Source: Spirochaetia bacterium
GTDB taxonomy: Bacteria > Spirochaetota > Spirochaetia > SZUA-6 > Bin103
Assembly (NCBI GenBank): GCA_965199955.1
Contig: CBDATQ010000001.1
Location: 32,001 to 96,000, forward strand
DNA length: 64,000 nucleotides
Direction: 5' to 3'
Under the pieces are notes generated by a model that was given only the letters and a program-made list of their open reading frames with translations, was not told the origin of the DNA and ran no database searches. Both the position numbers and the translations under genes were made by a program. Shown in pieces: positions 20,038 through 30,490 of the stretch (position 1 is the first letter of the stretch; every line of letters starts with the position of its first letter).

Positions 20038-21018
20038 ATGGCAACAGCAACCCTGGACCGCAGGCAGGCGCTCAAGCAGTTCCGGGTGGATTACGCCAAC
20101 GACTGGTGCCCGGGCTGCGGCGACTTCGGCATCCTGGGCGCGCTGCAGCAGGCGCTGGCCGGCATGGGCCGCCGTCCGCACGAGGTCGTGCTGGTCGGCG
20201 GCATCGGCTGCTCGGGCAAGGCGCAGTACTACGTCAACTGCTACGGCGTTCACACCCTGCACGGCCGGCCGCTGCCGTTCGCGACCGGCATCAAGCTGGC
20301 CAACCCGGAGCTGACCGTGATCATCGTCGGTGGCGACGGCGACGGGCTGGGCATCGGCGCCGGCCACTTCGTCAACGCCGGCCGGCGGAACGTCGACCTG
20401 ACCTACCTGCTGTTCAACAACGAGGTGTACGGCCTCACGCAGGGGCAGGGCGCGCCGACGCTGCAACTCGGCCTGCAGACCAAGAGCCTGGCGGAGCCAA
20501 ACATCCAGGAGAGCGTCAACGGGCCGTCGCTGGCGTACGCCAGCGGCTTCACCTGGATCGGGCGGGGATACTCCTACGACGTCCGCCACTTGGTGCGGAT
20601 GATCACCCGCGCGGTCGAGCACCCCGGTATGTCGTTCCTGGACATCGTCCAGCCGTGCCCGACCTATAACGACCTGCACGACAAGGCGTGGTTCGGCGGC
20701 GAGGGCACCGACAGCGGCGAGTCGCGCATCTACGACCTGGAGGCGACGGACTACGACGGGCGCATCCCGGCCGACGCCGACGCGGACGTCTACGCCGACC
20801 GGATCGCCGCGTTCTCGACCAAGGCGCTGGAGTGGGGCGACCGCATCCCGATCGGCCTGCTGCTGGAAAGAGAGGGGGTGAGCGCCTTCGGCGACCGCAT
20901 CGGCAGCCGGCTCGACGCCTACCGGACGCAGCCGCCGGCGGCGCGCGCGATCGCCGACGCCGACGGCCGGCCCACCGCGGACATCACCGCCGTCTTCGAC
21001 GAGTCCGGGATCCCCTAG
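20038..21018 (+). CDS. korB: 2-oxoacid:ferredoxin oxidoreductase beta subunit
   Basis: WCPGCGD, GIGCS, HTLHGR and GGDGD...NN.VYGLT.GQ (TPP motif). Confidence 0.93.
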   Translation: MATATLDRRQALKQFRVDYANDWCPGCGDFGILGALQQALAGMGRRPHEVVLVGGIGCSGKAQYYVNCYGVHTLHGRPLPFATGIKLANPELTVIIVGGDGDGLGIGAGHFVNAGRRNVDLTYLLFNNEVYGLTQGQGAPTLQLGLQTKSLAEPNIQESVNGPSLAYASGFTWIGRGYSYDVRHLVRMITRAVEHPGMSFLDIVQPCPTYNDLHDKAWFGGEGTDSGESRIYDLEATDYDGRIPADADADVYADRIAAFSTKALEWGDRIPIGLLLEREGVSAFGDRIGSRLDAYRTQPPAARAIADADGRPTADITAVFDESGIP

Positions 21019-21071
21019 CCTAGCGGTCCGTCCCGCTCAATACGGAGGGGAGCCATTGGAGAGGCGCGGCC

Positions 21072-22007
21072 CTACGGGTCCTCCGGGGAGAGGCCGATCG
21101 CGCGCAGGGTGTCCCTGCGGACCTTGCACACCATCACGTAGGCGGGGTCGTAGATGTTGCCCAGGTCGTACTCGACCGCCTGGCCCAGCAGGGTGTGCGC
21201 GGCGGTTTCCGGCAGGCCCAGCTCGCCCAGCCAGCGCAGCATCTCTCCGGTCGCGTATTGCACGCACTGGTCGAGCGGGCGGCCACAGCCGACCGTCATC
21301 AGGTGCTCGGCGGAGATCGCGCGCGGCCAGGCGATGGTGCGCCCGGACAGCACGCGCACGGAGAAGGTGACGTCGGCCGACACCTCGACGCCGTTGCCGG
21401 TGATCTCGCCGTCGCCCTGCACGGCGTGGACGTCACCCAGGAAGAACAGCGCGCCGGGCACCCACACCGGGAACCAGACGGTGACGCCGGCCACGAAGCC
21501 AGCGTAGTCCATATTGCCACCATGCGCGCCGGAGGTGGCCGTGGAGATGGCCTCCCCCCGGTCGGGGGCCACTCCGAAGCAGCCGATCATGGGGCGGAGC
21601 GGCACCTGCAGCGCCTCCAGGCCGGGCACGTCGATCGGTGTGGCGGTGCCGCGGTCGAGGTCGAGACGCCAGTCGACCATCCGTTTCGCCCCGGCGTCGA
21701 AACCGGGTTCCAGCACCTGTGCATCCACGGGCGAGGTGGTGAAGCCGGTGGCGCGGTTGGGCGTGACCTGATGCAGGGTCACGGCCAGCGCGTCGCCGGG
21801 TTCGGCGCCGTCGACGTGGAAGGGGCCGGTCTGCGGGTTGCCGCGCGGGGTCACCGGCTCGCCCGTGGCGTCGTCGCCGCCCGCGTCGACGGTGGAGGTC
21901 ACGACGGTGTCGCCGTCGCCGATGGAGACCACCGGCTCGTGCGTGCCGAGAGTCCGGTAGTAGTGGGTGGGCCGGTACCGGTGCCGGAGCGGACGCTTTG
22001 CTATCAT
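21072..22007 (-). CDS. Acetamidase/formamidase family protein
   Basis: NPQTGPF.V.GAEPGD, HGGNMD and GDVHA.QGDGE motifs. ATG at 22007 lies 7 nt after TAAGCT. Confidence 0.9.
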   Translation of the reverse strand: MIAKRPLRHRYRPTHYYRTLGTHEPVVSIGDGDTVVTSTVDAGGDDATGEPVTPRGNPQTGPFHVDGAEPGDALAVTLHQVTPNRATGFTTSPVDAQVLEPGFDAGAKRMVDWRLDLDRGTATPIDVPGLEALQVPLRPMIGCFGVAPDRGEAISTATSGAHGGNMDYAGFVAGVTVWFPVWVPGALFFLGDVHAVQGDGEITGNGVEVSADVTFSVRVLSGRTIAWPRAISAEHLMTVGCGRPLDQCVQYATGEMLRWLGELGLPETAAHTLLGQAVEYDLGNIYDPAYVMVCKVRRDTLRAIGLSPEDP

Positions 22008-22079
22008 TGGCGGGAGCTTACAACCCGGCCACCATGCCGGCGAACCGCCCGAGAGATGGGACAAGGAGCCTGACGCGAT

Positions 22080-23156
22080 ATGAAACTCGGAATGTTCATG
22101 ATGCCGCTGCATCCGCCGGAGCGCGACCGTACCGAAGGCTACGAGGAGGACCTGGAGCTGGTGGTGCGCTGCGACAAGCTCGGCTATGAGGAGGCGTGGA
22201 TCGGCCAGCACCACACCCTGGACTGGGAGCCCATTCCCTCCAACGACGTCTTCATCGCCAACGCGCTGCCACGCACCTCGAACATCAAGCTGGGCACGGG
22301 CGTGACGATCATGCCCCTGCACCATCCGGCCAACATCGCCACCCGGCTGGCCTACCTCGACCACCTGGCGCGCGGCCGCTTCCTGATCGGCTTCGGCCAG
22401 GGCGGCGTACCGTGCGACTACGAGCTGTTCGGCCTGGACCCGGCCGAGGTCGGGCTGATGACCATACGCGGCATGGACATGGTTCTGAAGCTGTGGGAGT
22501 CCGAGGCGCCGTACGAGCTCAAGGACGAGTTCTGGGAGATCAAGGTCCAGAACCCCCGTCCCGACTTCAACATGGGCGACATCCTCAAGCCGTACCAGAA
22601 GCCGCACCCGCCGATCGCGACGAGCATCATCAAGGCGGAGTCGCGCGGCGCGCTCACCGCCGGCGAGCGCGGCTACATCCCGATCAGCGCCAACATGGTC
22701 ACACCGCAGGTGCTCAAGCGGCAGTGGGAAGTCTACTGCGAGGGCGCGGCCAAGGCCGGCCGTCCGGAGCCGGACCGCGCCGACTGGCGGGTGTCGCGCA
22801 GCATCATGGTCGCCGACACCGACGCCGACGCCTGGGAGTTCGCCCGCGCCGACGGCGCCTACGCCCGTTCCTACGAGTACCTGATCAAGATCCTCAAGGC
22901 CGGCATGGTGCAGGAGGCGATGAAGCTCGACCCCGGCATGACCGACGACGACATCGACGTCCCGTACGTGCTTTCGAACCTGTGCATCATCGGCAGCGTC
23001 GATACGGTCGTGCAGCGCCTGCGCGAGGTGATCGACGTCACCGGCGGCTTCGGCACGCTGCTGATGCTCTCCCAGGACTCCGACAACGACGAGCGCTGGT
23101 GGCGCTGCGTGGAGCTCCTGGCCACCGAGGTGGTGCCGGCGCTGTCGGACGGCTAG
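22080..23156 (+). CDS. LLM-class (luciferase-like) flavin-dependent oxidoreductase
   Basis: MKLGMFMMPLHPP, EAWIGQHHT, HHPANIA.R.AYLDHL and KPYQKPHPP motifs. Confidence 0.92.
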   Translation: MKLGMFMMPLHPPERDRTEGYEEDLELVVRCDKLGYEEAWIGQHHTLDWEPIPSNDVFIANALPRTSNIKLGTGVTIMPLHHPANIATRLAYLDHLARGRFLIGFGQGGVPCDYELFGLDPAEVGLMTIRGMDMVLKLWESEAPYELKDEFWEIKVQNPRPDFNMGDILKPYQKPHPPIATSIIKAESRGALTAGERGYIPISANMVTPQVLKRQWEVYCEGAAKAGRPEPDRADWRVSRSIMVADTDADAWEFARADGAYARSYEYLIKILKAGMVQEAMKLDPGMTDDDIDVPYVLSNLCIIGSVDTVVQRLREVIDVTGGFGTLLMLSQDSDNDERWWRCVELLATEVVPALSDG

Positions 23157-23333
23157 CGGCCGGCTATCGAAAGCCGATCGGACGCGCGGATCACCGGCGA
23201 CTCGGTTCGCGAGACCCTGTGGAAACCCCTGTTCTTCGGGTTCGACTTCGATCGCACCATCGAAATCACCGCGCATCATCAACCGTGCGGCAGTCTGTCG
23301 CTCACGGTCGCGGTCTACCGCGCGGATGAGCAG

Positions 23334-23538
23334 TTGGCGGACACGCCCTGGTTGATGCTCGACATGACGCACCACGGCATCCTCCTGTTCGATCCGCGCG
23401 GCGTGCTCAGCCCGCAAGCTGGCGCGCCTCCGAGCAAGGCTCGAGGAACTGGGATCCCGTCGCATCGAGCCGGACGACGGCTCGTGGTACCGGGACCTCA
23501 AGCCCGATCTGCGGCCCAGCGAGGTCGTCACCCTGTGA
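23334..23538 (+). pseudogene. Frameshifted C-terminal remnant of an MNT-type nucleotidyltransferase (TA antitoxin-like)
   Basis: LADTPWLMLDMTHHGILLFDPRGVLS, then after a +1 shift near 23411, RKLARLRARLEELGSRRIEPDDGSWYRDLKPDLRPSEVVTL*. Confidence 0.65.
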
Positions 23539-23558
23539 CGGCGGCTGATACGTAGCCG

Positions 23559-24626
23559 ATGGCCGAGGTAGCGCGCTGGCGGGAGCTGGCCGGCGCGCTG
23601 GACGCGGCGGCCGAGGCCGACGGGACCGGCAGCCTGAGCGCGGCCGTCCGGCATGGCGGGCAGACGGTGTGGAGACACGCGGCCGGCTGGGCAGATCGCG
23701 AGCAGGGCCGGCGCGCGGACGCCGGCACCGTCTACCGGGCAGGGTCGATCAGCAAGACGGTGACGGTGGTGACGGCGCTGCGCTTGGCGGAGCGGGGCGT
23801 GCTCGACCTGGACGATCCGGTCTCCCGGAACGTGCCGGAGATCGAGACCACGGTCGGCTACACCGAGCAGCCGCGCGCAATCACGCTGCGCGACCTGGCC
23901 ACCCACACCAGCGGCCTGGCGCGCGAGCCGCGCATCCCGCGGCTGCTGGCGGGGACGGTGGAGCGGTGGGAGCAGACGCTGCTGGGCGCCATCCCGGCCA
24001 CCCGCTTCGCCCATCCGCCGGGCGCGTGCTTCGACTACTCCAACGTCGGCGCCGCCATCCTGGGCCTGGCGGTGCGGCGCGCGGGCGCGATGCCGTACCC
24101 GGAGTTGGTCGCCGCCGAGATCTGCGCGCCGCTCGGCCTGACCGCGACCGGGTTCCTGCCGCCGGCGGACCGCGCGCGCCTGGCCACCGGCTACGAGCGG
24201 CTGGTGGACGGGTCGATCAGCACCCGCGACTCGGAGCGCCAGCACGCCGGCCGCGGCTTCCGGGTGCCGAGCGGCGGCCTGTACTCGACGCCGAGCGAGC
24301 TCGCGGCGTTCGGCGCGGCGCTCGGACCCGGTTCGGGGGACGTGCTGTTGAGCGCGGCGGCGCGGCGGGAGATGCTGCGGGTGGCGACCAGGAAGTCGGA
24401 GGAGTGCTCGCCGGGACCGTCGAACGGCTACGGGACCGGGGTCGAGCTCTACCTGGACGGCGCGCGGGTGCTCGCCTACGGCCACCACGGCGACATGAAC
24501 GGCTACAGCGCGGTGGTGCTGGGCGATCCGGAGCGCGAGGTCACGATCTGCGTGTGCAGCAACTTCCGCTCGAGCGAGGAGCTAGGCATGGAGCGCTCGC
24601 TCGACCTGCTGCTGGAGGCCGGCTGA
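23559..24626 (+). CDS. Serine hydrolase, beta-lactamase/AmpC-like family
   Basis: GSISK (SxxK), LATHTSGL, YSN and GHHG motifs. Confidence 0.9.
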   Translation: MAEVARWRELAGALDAAAEADGTGSLSAAVRHGGQTVWRHAAGWADREQGRRADAGTVYRAGSISKTVTVVTALRLAERGVLDLDDPVSRNVPEIETTVGYTEQPRAITLRDLATHTSGLAREPRIPRLLAGTVERWEQTLLGAIPATRFAHPPGACFDYSNVGAAILGLAVRRAGAMPYPELVAAEICAPLGLTATGFLPPADRARLATGYERLVDGSISTRDSERQHAGRGFRVPSGGLYSTPSELAAFGAALGPGSGDVLLSAAARREMLRVATRKSEECSPGPSNGYGTGVELYLDGARVLAYGHHGDMNGYSAVVLGDPEREVTICVCSNFRSSEELGMERSLDLLLEAG

Positions 24627-24646
24627 GCATTGCCGGCTCGCGCCGT

Positions 24647-25741
24647 TCAGGACGCGGCGTCGCCGAACAGGCCGAGCTGCACGTTCCGCTCGACCCGGAG
24701 GCCGCGGAGCGACCGGTCGGCGAAGTCCAGCAGCGCATCGTAGTCGGCCGCGGAGTGGTCGTGGCCGCCAGGGCGGAACGCCCAGCCGATGGCGTCCGCC
24801 GCCCCGAGCATGCGGTAGACCCGTTCGGTGGTGCGCAGGGCTGCGTAGGACCCGGAGGGATTGGCCCACGGGTCGCCGAACGCCTCGGTGACCAGCAGCG
24901 CGCGCGGCGCGACCAGCGCGTGCAGAAAGTGCTGGTCGTACGGCAACTCCGCGTCGCGGCCGGCGTAGTCGGCGAAGCCCTTTCCGAACCAGAAGATGTT
25001 GCGGCTCCTCAGGAAGTCCTCGATCACCTCCGCGCCATCGCCCTTCATCCGGTTCGGACCGGAGCCGCCGGCCCCCGAGCAGTTGGGGTTGGTGAGCGCG
25101 ATCCGCTCGTCGGTGGCGCCGGCCAGCAGCGCGCTCTTGCCGCCGCGGGAGTGCCCGGTGACGGCGATCCGATCGGCGGCCGCCGAGTCGATCCGGCCCA
25201 GCGCGTCCACGCATCGGTGGAAGCCCCATGCCCGGGCGGCCAGGGCGCCGCACTCGGCGCCCGGCATCAGGCGGTACAGGCCGGTCTCCCGGTACCGGTC
25301 GGGATTGTCGGCAGCCAGGCCAGTCCGGTCGAACGAGGCCGCGATGTAGCCGCGCTCCAGCACGGCGCGGACCACGTCGTCGTTGAAGTAGCGCCAGCAG
25401 CCGTCGCCGTCCAGGACGACCGGAAACGGCCCTTCGCCCGGCGGGATCCACAGGCTCAGCGAAAAGCGGATCTCGCCGCCCGCGACGTTCACCCGGATCT
25501 CGTACGTGTGATACGCGACCACCCGCTCCGGCGCGATCAGGTTGGCCGAGCGCCGGATCACCTCCACGCCGTCCGGCGCCGGCGGCATGCCGCCATACTC
25601 GTGCGGGATGATCGCGCGGGCCAGCTCGCCGCGGCGGCGTGGCCACGACGACGCATCGGCCTGCGTGCCGTCCTCGAACCGGAGCGGATCGGGCGCCAGG
25701 GTCGCCGCTACAGAGTCGAGCTCACTCATGGAACGGTTCAT
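24647..25741 (-). CDS. CE15-like (glucuronoyl esterase family) alpha/beta hydrolase
   Basis: AWG..R..D.L, GHSRGGK, SGAGG, ELPYDQH.L.ALVAPR and D.WANP motifs. Confidence 0.85.
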   Translation of the reverse strand: MNRSMSELDSVAATLAPDPLRFEDGTQADASSWPRRRGELARAIIPHEYGGMPPAPDGVEVIRRSANLIAPERVVAYHTYEIRVNVAGGEIRFSLSLWIPPGEGPFPVVLDGDGCWRYFNDDVVRAVLERGYIAASFDRTGLAADNPDRYRETGLYRLMPGAECGALAARAWGFHRCVDALGRIDSAAADRIAVTGHSRGGKSALLAGATDERIALTNPNCSGAGGSGPNRMKGDGAEVIEDFLRSRNIFWFGKGFADYAGRDAELPYDQHFLHALVAPRALLVTEAFGDPWANPSGSYAALRTTERVYRMLGAADAIGWAFRPGGHDHSAADYDALLDFADRSLRGLRVERNVQLGLFGDAAS

Positions 25742-25769
25742 GCAGGCTACTATGAGCGGAGGTGGGACG

Positions 25770-25805
25770 ATGAGGGACCACTACGACTTCTCGAAGGGAA
25801 GGCGC
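25770..25805 (+). pseudogene. N-terminal fragment of a BrnA-like antitoxin
   Basis: GGAGGTG SD followed by MRDHYDFSKGRR; similarity is then lost. Confidence 0.5.
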
Positions 25806-25829
25806 TGCACGCCCATGGCCGGGCCGTCG

Positions 25830-26156
25830 TGGCCGTGCCGATGACGCCCCAGTAGAGGCTCTCCACGTCGGAGTGGCGGTACTGTTCCACCAGCTCCCGG
25901 ATGTCCTGCCGGTCTCGCGGTCCGAGAGCGGCTCGCAGTCGCCCCACACGCCGATCGTCACCCGGTGCCACCCCTGCAGGTTCAGCGGCAGCGTGAGGTT
26001 CGGCGTGTCGCCCGCGTCCGCTGCGTAGAGCAGCCTGCCTTCGAGGTCGCCGCTGGTGTAGTCGCAGACGCGCCAGTAGCCGGGGCGCGCATGCGGGGAG
26101 ATGGCGCCGGCAGGGGACGCCTTGCTGAAGTCGCTGAACACCACGGCCTGGCCCAT
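25830..26156 (-). pseudogene. Truncated/deleted glycoside-hydrolase-like protein N-terminus
   Basis: Frame 1 MGQAVVFSDFS...LTLPLNLQGWHRVTIG; frame 2 DIRELVEQYRHSDVESLYWGV; no continuation. Confidence 0.45.
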
Positions 26157-26206
26157 AGCGGGCTACGCTGGGCGAGCCCGTAGGCGCTGTCAAACTCCTC
26201 GGCGGG

Positions 26207-27322
26207 TCAGGCGAGCTCGGCCAGCACCTGCAGGCAGCGCTCGGCGACGATCTGTTCCTGGCCCGGCTTCAGCATGTGCGGGTTGACGACCAGGGCGTCG
26301 ATGAAGTGCTGGGCCAGCACGATGCGCGGGTCGCCGTCGATCAGCGCCTGGAAGAGATCGCCGGTGGTGAAGCCGGCGTCCGGCAGCGTGCGGACCGCCA
26401 GCATGGGCACGGTGTAGGTGTCCGCCTTCTCGAACCGCTCCAGCGCGACCGGGTGGCCGGCGCCGGCGAGCGCCCGCTCGACGTGGCCGATCTGCGCCGT
26501 CCAGCGGGCGCGGTCGGCGTCGTGGTCGCGCGCCAGGTAGCGCTCCAGGGCCTTCAGGAAGCCGATGATCTCCTCGCGGCTGACCTTGGCCGGCCGGCCG
26601 ACGGTCGCGAACGGGTTGCCGTTGGCCATGCAGGCGTCGATCAGGTCCTGCCGGCCGACCACCAGCCCGGTCGACTGCGGCCCCATGATGCTCTTGCCGC
26701 CGCTGAAGATGGTAAGATCGGCGCCGGCCTTCCAGAACCGGGTCAGGGTCGACAGCGGCGGGCACTCGGAGGCGGCATCGACGATCAGCGGCACGCCGGC
26801 CCCGCGCGCGATGCCCACCAGGTCCGCGAGCGGGACCGACGCGGGGTCGCCCAGCCGGTGGGCCATGCACAGGATCGCCGCCGTGTCCGGGCCGACGGCC
26901 TCACGCAGCGCATCGGTGGGCGGCTCGCCCCCGTCCGGGACCTCCACGAAGGTGGCGCCGGCCAGCCGCAGCGCCTGGTCGTAGGCCAGGCGGTGGATCT
27001 GCTGGACGACCACCTCCGACTTCATGCCGGTGGTGTCGGGAAGCTGCGTGATCCGCTCGGGATCGGTCCCGGCGATGCAGGCCGCCGCCGTCACCAGCAG
27101 CCCGGCCGCGGCGCTGGAGGTCACGTACGCCGCCTCCACGTCCAGCAGGCCGGCGATGCGACGCCCGACCGCGGGGTGCAGGTCCTCCAGCCGGCAGAAC
27201 TCGCGGTTGGCTGCGCTCATGACCTCAAATATCTCAGGGTCCATCACCGAACCGCCGTAGTTGGTCACGGTGCCGGCGGCGTTGATCAGCGGGCGCACGC
27301 CCAGTTCCTCGTAGATTCCCAT
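26207..27322 (-). CDS. SelA-like PLP-dependent enzyme (DgaE-like ammonia-lyase family)
   Basis: IYEELGVRPLINAAGT, VDAASE, FSGGK..GPQSTG and GRPAKV.REEI motifs; 371 aa. Confidence 0.88.
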   Translation of the reverse strand: MGIYEELGVRPLINAAGTVTNYGGSVMDPEIFEVMSAANREFCRLEDLHPAVGRRIAGLLDVEAAYVTSSAAAGLLVTAAACIAGTDPERITQLPDTTGMKSEVVVQQIHRLAYDQALRLAGATFVEVPDGGEPPTDALREAVGPDTAAILCMAHRLGDPASVPLADLVGIARGAGVPLIVDAASECPPLSTLTRFWKAGADLTIFSGGKSIMGPQSTGLVVGRQDLIDACMANGNPFATVGRPAKVSREEIIGFLKALERYLARDHDADRARWTAQIGHVERALAGAGHPVALERFEKADTYTVPMLAVRTLPDAGFTTGDLFQALIDGDPRIVLAQHFIDALVVNPHMLKPGQEQIVAERCLQVLAELA

Positions 27323-27452
27323 TCGTTCCTCTCTCGCTCAGTGCGGGTCCGGCATCCTATAGCATGATCGCGCGTCGACGATGGTTCGGATGCGGGGGAC
27401 ACCGGCCCTCACCTCGTTTGCTTCGGCGGCGGCGTCGATCTACCATCGGCGG

Positions 27453-28271
27453 GTGGACCGCGCTCAACTCCCGTTCATGATCCAGCTTCTCGATGACGAG
27501 ACGCCGGCGGTCCAGCAGCGCGTGATGGAGGCGCTGGCCGACTTCGGCGACGAGCTGGACGCCGAGATCGAGCGGCAGGGAATCGAGGTCGACGACGCGC
27601 GCCGCGAGCTGCTCGACGAAGTCCACGCCATCCAGCGGCGCGAGCGGTTGCTGGAGCGCTGGCAGGAGTGCCTGGCCGTCCCGAACGAGAAGGTGAAGCT
27701 GGAGACCGCGCTCGGGCTGATCGCGGAGTACGAGCTGGGCGACGGATCCGCCGCCCGGCTCACCGACCTGCTGGACGGGCTGGCCGACGACTACCGCAGC
27801 GCCCACGGCAGCACCGACGTGTTCACGCTGGCCCACTACCTGTTCCGGACCAGGGGGCTGACCGGCTGCGGCAAGAAGGACTACTTCACGCCGGCGGCGA
27901 GCAACCTGGTGTCGGTGATCACCCGCGGCCGCGGGCTGCCGATCAGCCTGTCGTGCATCTACCTGCTGGTCGGATCCCGGCTCGGCCTGGACATCGAAGG
28001 CTGCAACGTGCCGAACCACTTCCTGGCCCGCGCCGTGGCCGGCGACCGGCTGATCCTGGTCGACTGCTTCAACGGCGGGGCGACCCTGGACGTCGCGCAA
28101 CTCATTCCCAAGGGACACGACGCGACCGCGCAGCTCGCCCGCATCCGCCGCGGCACCCCGGCGGCCACGATCATGCTGCGCGTGGCCGCCAACCTGGCGG
28201 TCGCGCACGCGCGCGCGGGTAACGAGTCCGACGCGCGCTTCTTCTCCGAGCTGCGCGACCAGACCGCCTGA
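27453..28271 (+). CDS. SirB1/transglutaminase-like protein
   Basis: LLDDE, DYF.P..SNL..VI..GRGLPISLS, G.N.P.HFL and DCFNGG motifs. Confidence 0.85.
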   Translation: MDRAQLPFMIQLLDDETPAVQQRVMEALADFGDELDAEIERQGIEVDDARRELLDEVHAIQRRERLLERWQECLAVPNEKVKLETALGLIAEYELGDGSAARLTDLLDGLADDYRSAHGSTDVFTLAHYLFRTRGLTGCGKKDYFTPAASNLVSVITRGRGLPISLSCIYLLVGSRLGLDIEGCNVPNHFLARAVAGDRLILVDCFNGGATLDVAQLIPKGHDATAQLARIRRGTPAATIMLRVAANLAVAHARAGNESDARFFSELRDQTA

Positions 28272-30490
28272 GCGGTCCGCTGAGCGCCAGCGGACCGGCC
28301 CTGCCCGCCGCGTCCGGCGGCGATGGGGAATCGCTGCGCGGCACCGTCCACTCGATCATCTACGTCACCGACGACGGCTCCTTCGCGGTCGTGCGCCTGC
28401 AGTCGGAGGATGACCCCGATGCGCAGCCGGTCGCGGTCGGCCCGCTGGCCGGCGTGCGCCCGGGCGAGCTCCTGCACCTGCGGGGCGCGTGGACCCATCA
28501 CCGCCGCCACGGCCCGCGCTTCGAGGTCACCTCTTTCCACTCCGTGGCTCCGAGCACCGCGGCCGGCATCGAGCGCTTCCTGGCCTCGCGCCTGGTGAAG
28601 GGCGTCGGCCCCGCGCTGGCGAAGCGCATCGTCGGCCGCTTCGGCACCGACGCGCTGGACGTGTTGGACCGCCACGGCGAGCGGCTGACCGAGGTGGCCG
28701 GCATCGGCACCGACCGCCGCGACCGCATCCTGGCCTCCTGGGCCGACCACCGCCAGCTCCGCGACACCATGATCTTCCTGCAGGGGCACGGCATCTCCCC
28801 GGCCTACGCGCTGCGCATCCACCGCCGCTACGGAGCCGGGGCGCGCCGCGCGGTCACCGACAATCCGTACCGACTGGCCGAGGAGGTGGCCGGCATCGGA
28901 TTCCTGATCGCCGACCGCATCGCCGCCTCGCTCGGCGTCGACCGCGACTCCCCGGAGCGGGCCGCCGCCGGCGTGCTGCACGTGCTGGCGACCGGCGCGG
29001 CCCGCGGCCACACGCTGATGCCCGTGGACGCCGTGGCGGAGTCCGGAGCCGAGTTGCTGTCCGTGGACGAGTCGGCGGTGCGCGACGCGGTCCGGGCGCT
29101 GGCGGCCCGCCGCGCGGTGCTGCCGTGCGAAGAGAGCGGCGCCGATGCGATCGCCCTTCCCGACCTGCGGCGCGCCGAGCAGCGCTCCGCCGACCGGTTG
29201 CGGGTTCTTGCCGGACGGCCGCCGAACCCGTTGCGTTACGACGTCGGCCGGCTACTCGATGCCTTCGAACGATCGAGCGGCGTCGAACTGTCGCCCGAAC
29301 AGCGTGACGCCGCGACTCAGGCGGCTCAGGCTTCAGTGCTGGTGGTCACCGGAGGGCCGGGAACCGGCAAGACCACGCTGATCCGGGCGGTGCTCGGGCT
29401 GTACGACGCTGCCGGCGGGCGGGTGCAGCTCGCCGCCCCGACGGGTCGCGCCGCCAAGCGGATCGAGGAACAGGCCGGCCGGCCGGCGTCGACCATCCAC
29501 CGGCTGCTGGAGTACAGCCCGCGCGAAGGGCGTTTCCTGCGCGGCGCCGACGACCCGCTGGACTGCGACGGACTGATCATCGACGAGCTGTCGATGGTGG
29601 ACGTGACGCTGCTGGACGCCGTGCTTCAGGCCACGCCGCCCGAGTGCCGGCTGCTGCTGGTCGGCGACAGCGACCAGCTCCCCTCGGTCGGGCCCGGCGA
29701 CGTGCTGGCTGACCTGATCGCCGCCGGCGTCTGCCCGGTCGCCCGCCTCACCACCGTGTTCCGCCAGGGCGAACGATCGGCCATCGTGATGGCCGCGCAC
29801 GCGATCAACCACGGCGACGTGCCGCGAGGACAGGGCGACGGCGAGGCCGGCGACTACTTCTTCGTCAGCCGCAACGACCGGGAGGCGGCGCGCAACACGA
29901 TCGTGCACCTGGTCACCGAGCGCATGCCGGCGCGCTTCGGACTCGACCCGCGCACGGACATCCAGGTGCTGACGCCGATGAACCGCGGCGAGCTGGGCAC
30001 TGCCGTCCTCAACCGCGAGCTGCAGGCCGCGCTCAACCCGCACGGCGCCGCCATCGAGGGCGCGGCCGACATCCGCGTGGGCGACCGTGTCATGCAGACC
30101 CGCAACGACTACCAGCTCGAGGTGTTCAACGGCGACATCGGCGTGGTGCGCGACCTGGACGCGGAAGACCAGCGCGTGCTGGTGGATTTCTCCACGGGAC
30201 CGGTCTGGTACGAGGCATCGGAGCTGGACTCGCTGGTGCCGGCTTACGCGATCACGATCCACAAGTCGCAAGGCTCGGAATTTCCGGCGGCGGTGATCTC
30301 CATCGCCACCGAGCATTACCCGATGCTGCAGCGCAACCTGCTGTACACGGCGCTGACGCGCGCGCGGCGGCTGGCGGTGGTGGTGGGCAGCCCCCGCGCC
30401 GCGCATATCGCGGTCGGCAACGCGCAGGCGCGCCAGCGCCATACCGGGCTGGTCGAGCTGCTGACGGACGTTTCGCCGGCCGCGCGATGA
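28268..30490 (+). CDS. recD2: ATP-dependent RecD-like DNA helicase (RecD2); start non-canonical or uncertain
   Basis: HhH KGVGP, NPYRL, GGPGTGKTT, APTGRAAKR, DELSM and YAITIHKSQGSE motifs. The conserved N-terminus lies upstream of the first GTG (28391). Confidence 0.93.
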   Translation: MSGPLSASGPALPAASGGDGESLRGTVHSIIYVTDDGSFAVVRLQSEDDPDAQPVAVGPLAGVRPGELLHLRGAWTHHRRHGPRFEVTSFHSVAPSTAAGIERFLASRLVKGVGPALAKRIVGRFGTDALDVLDRHGERLTEVAGIGTDRRDRILASWADHRQLRDTMIFLQGHGISPAYALRIHRRYGAGARRAVTDNPYRLAEEVAGIGFLIADRIAASLGVDRDSPERAAAGVLHVLATGAARGHTLMPVDAVAESGAELLSVDESAVRDAVRALAARRAVLPCEESGADAIALPDLRRAEQRSADRLRVLAGRPPNPLRYDVGRLLDAFERSSGVELSPEQRDAATQAAQASVLVVTGGPGTGKTTLIRAVLGLYDAAGGRVQLAAPTGRAAKRIEEQAGRPASTIHRLLEYSPREGRFLRGADDPLDCDGLIIDELSMVDVTLLDAVLQATPPECRLLLVGDSDQLPSVGPGDVLADLIAAGVCPVARLTTVFRQGERSAIVMAAHAINHGDVPRGQGDGEAGDYFFVSRNDREAARNTIVHLVTERMPARFGLDPRTDIQVLTPMNRGELGTAVLNRELQAALNPHGAAIEGAADIRVGDRVMQTRNDYQLEVFNGDIGVVRDLDAEDQRVLVDFSTGPVWYEASELDSLVPAYAITIHKSQGSEFPAAVISIATEHYPMLQRNLLYTALTRARRLAVVVGSPRAAHIAVGNAQARQRHTGLVELLTDVSPAAR

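Noticed and set aside
23559..24626. Bona fide beta-lactam resistance gene
   Set aside because: No signal peptide; motifs are shared by the broad esterase/peptidase family
26207..27322. Selenocysteine synthase SelA
   Set aside because: Too short, has FSGGK rather than FSGDK, and no selB/selC nearby
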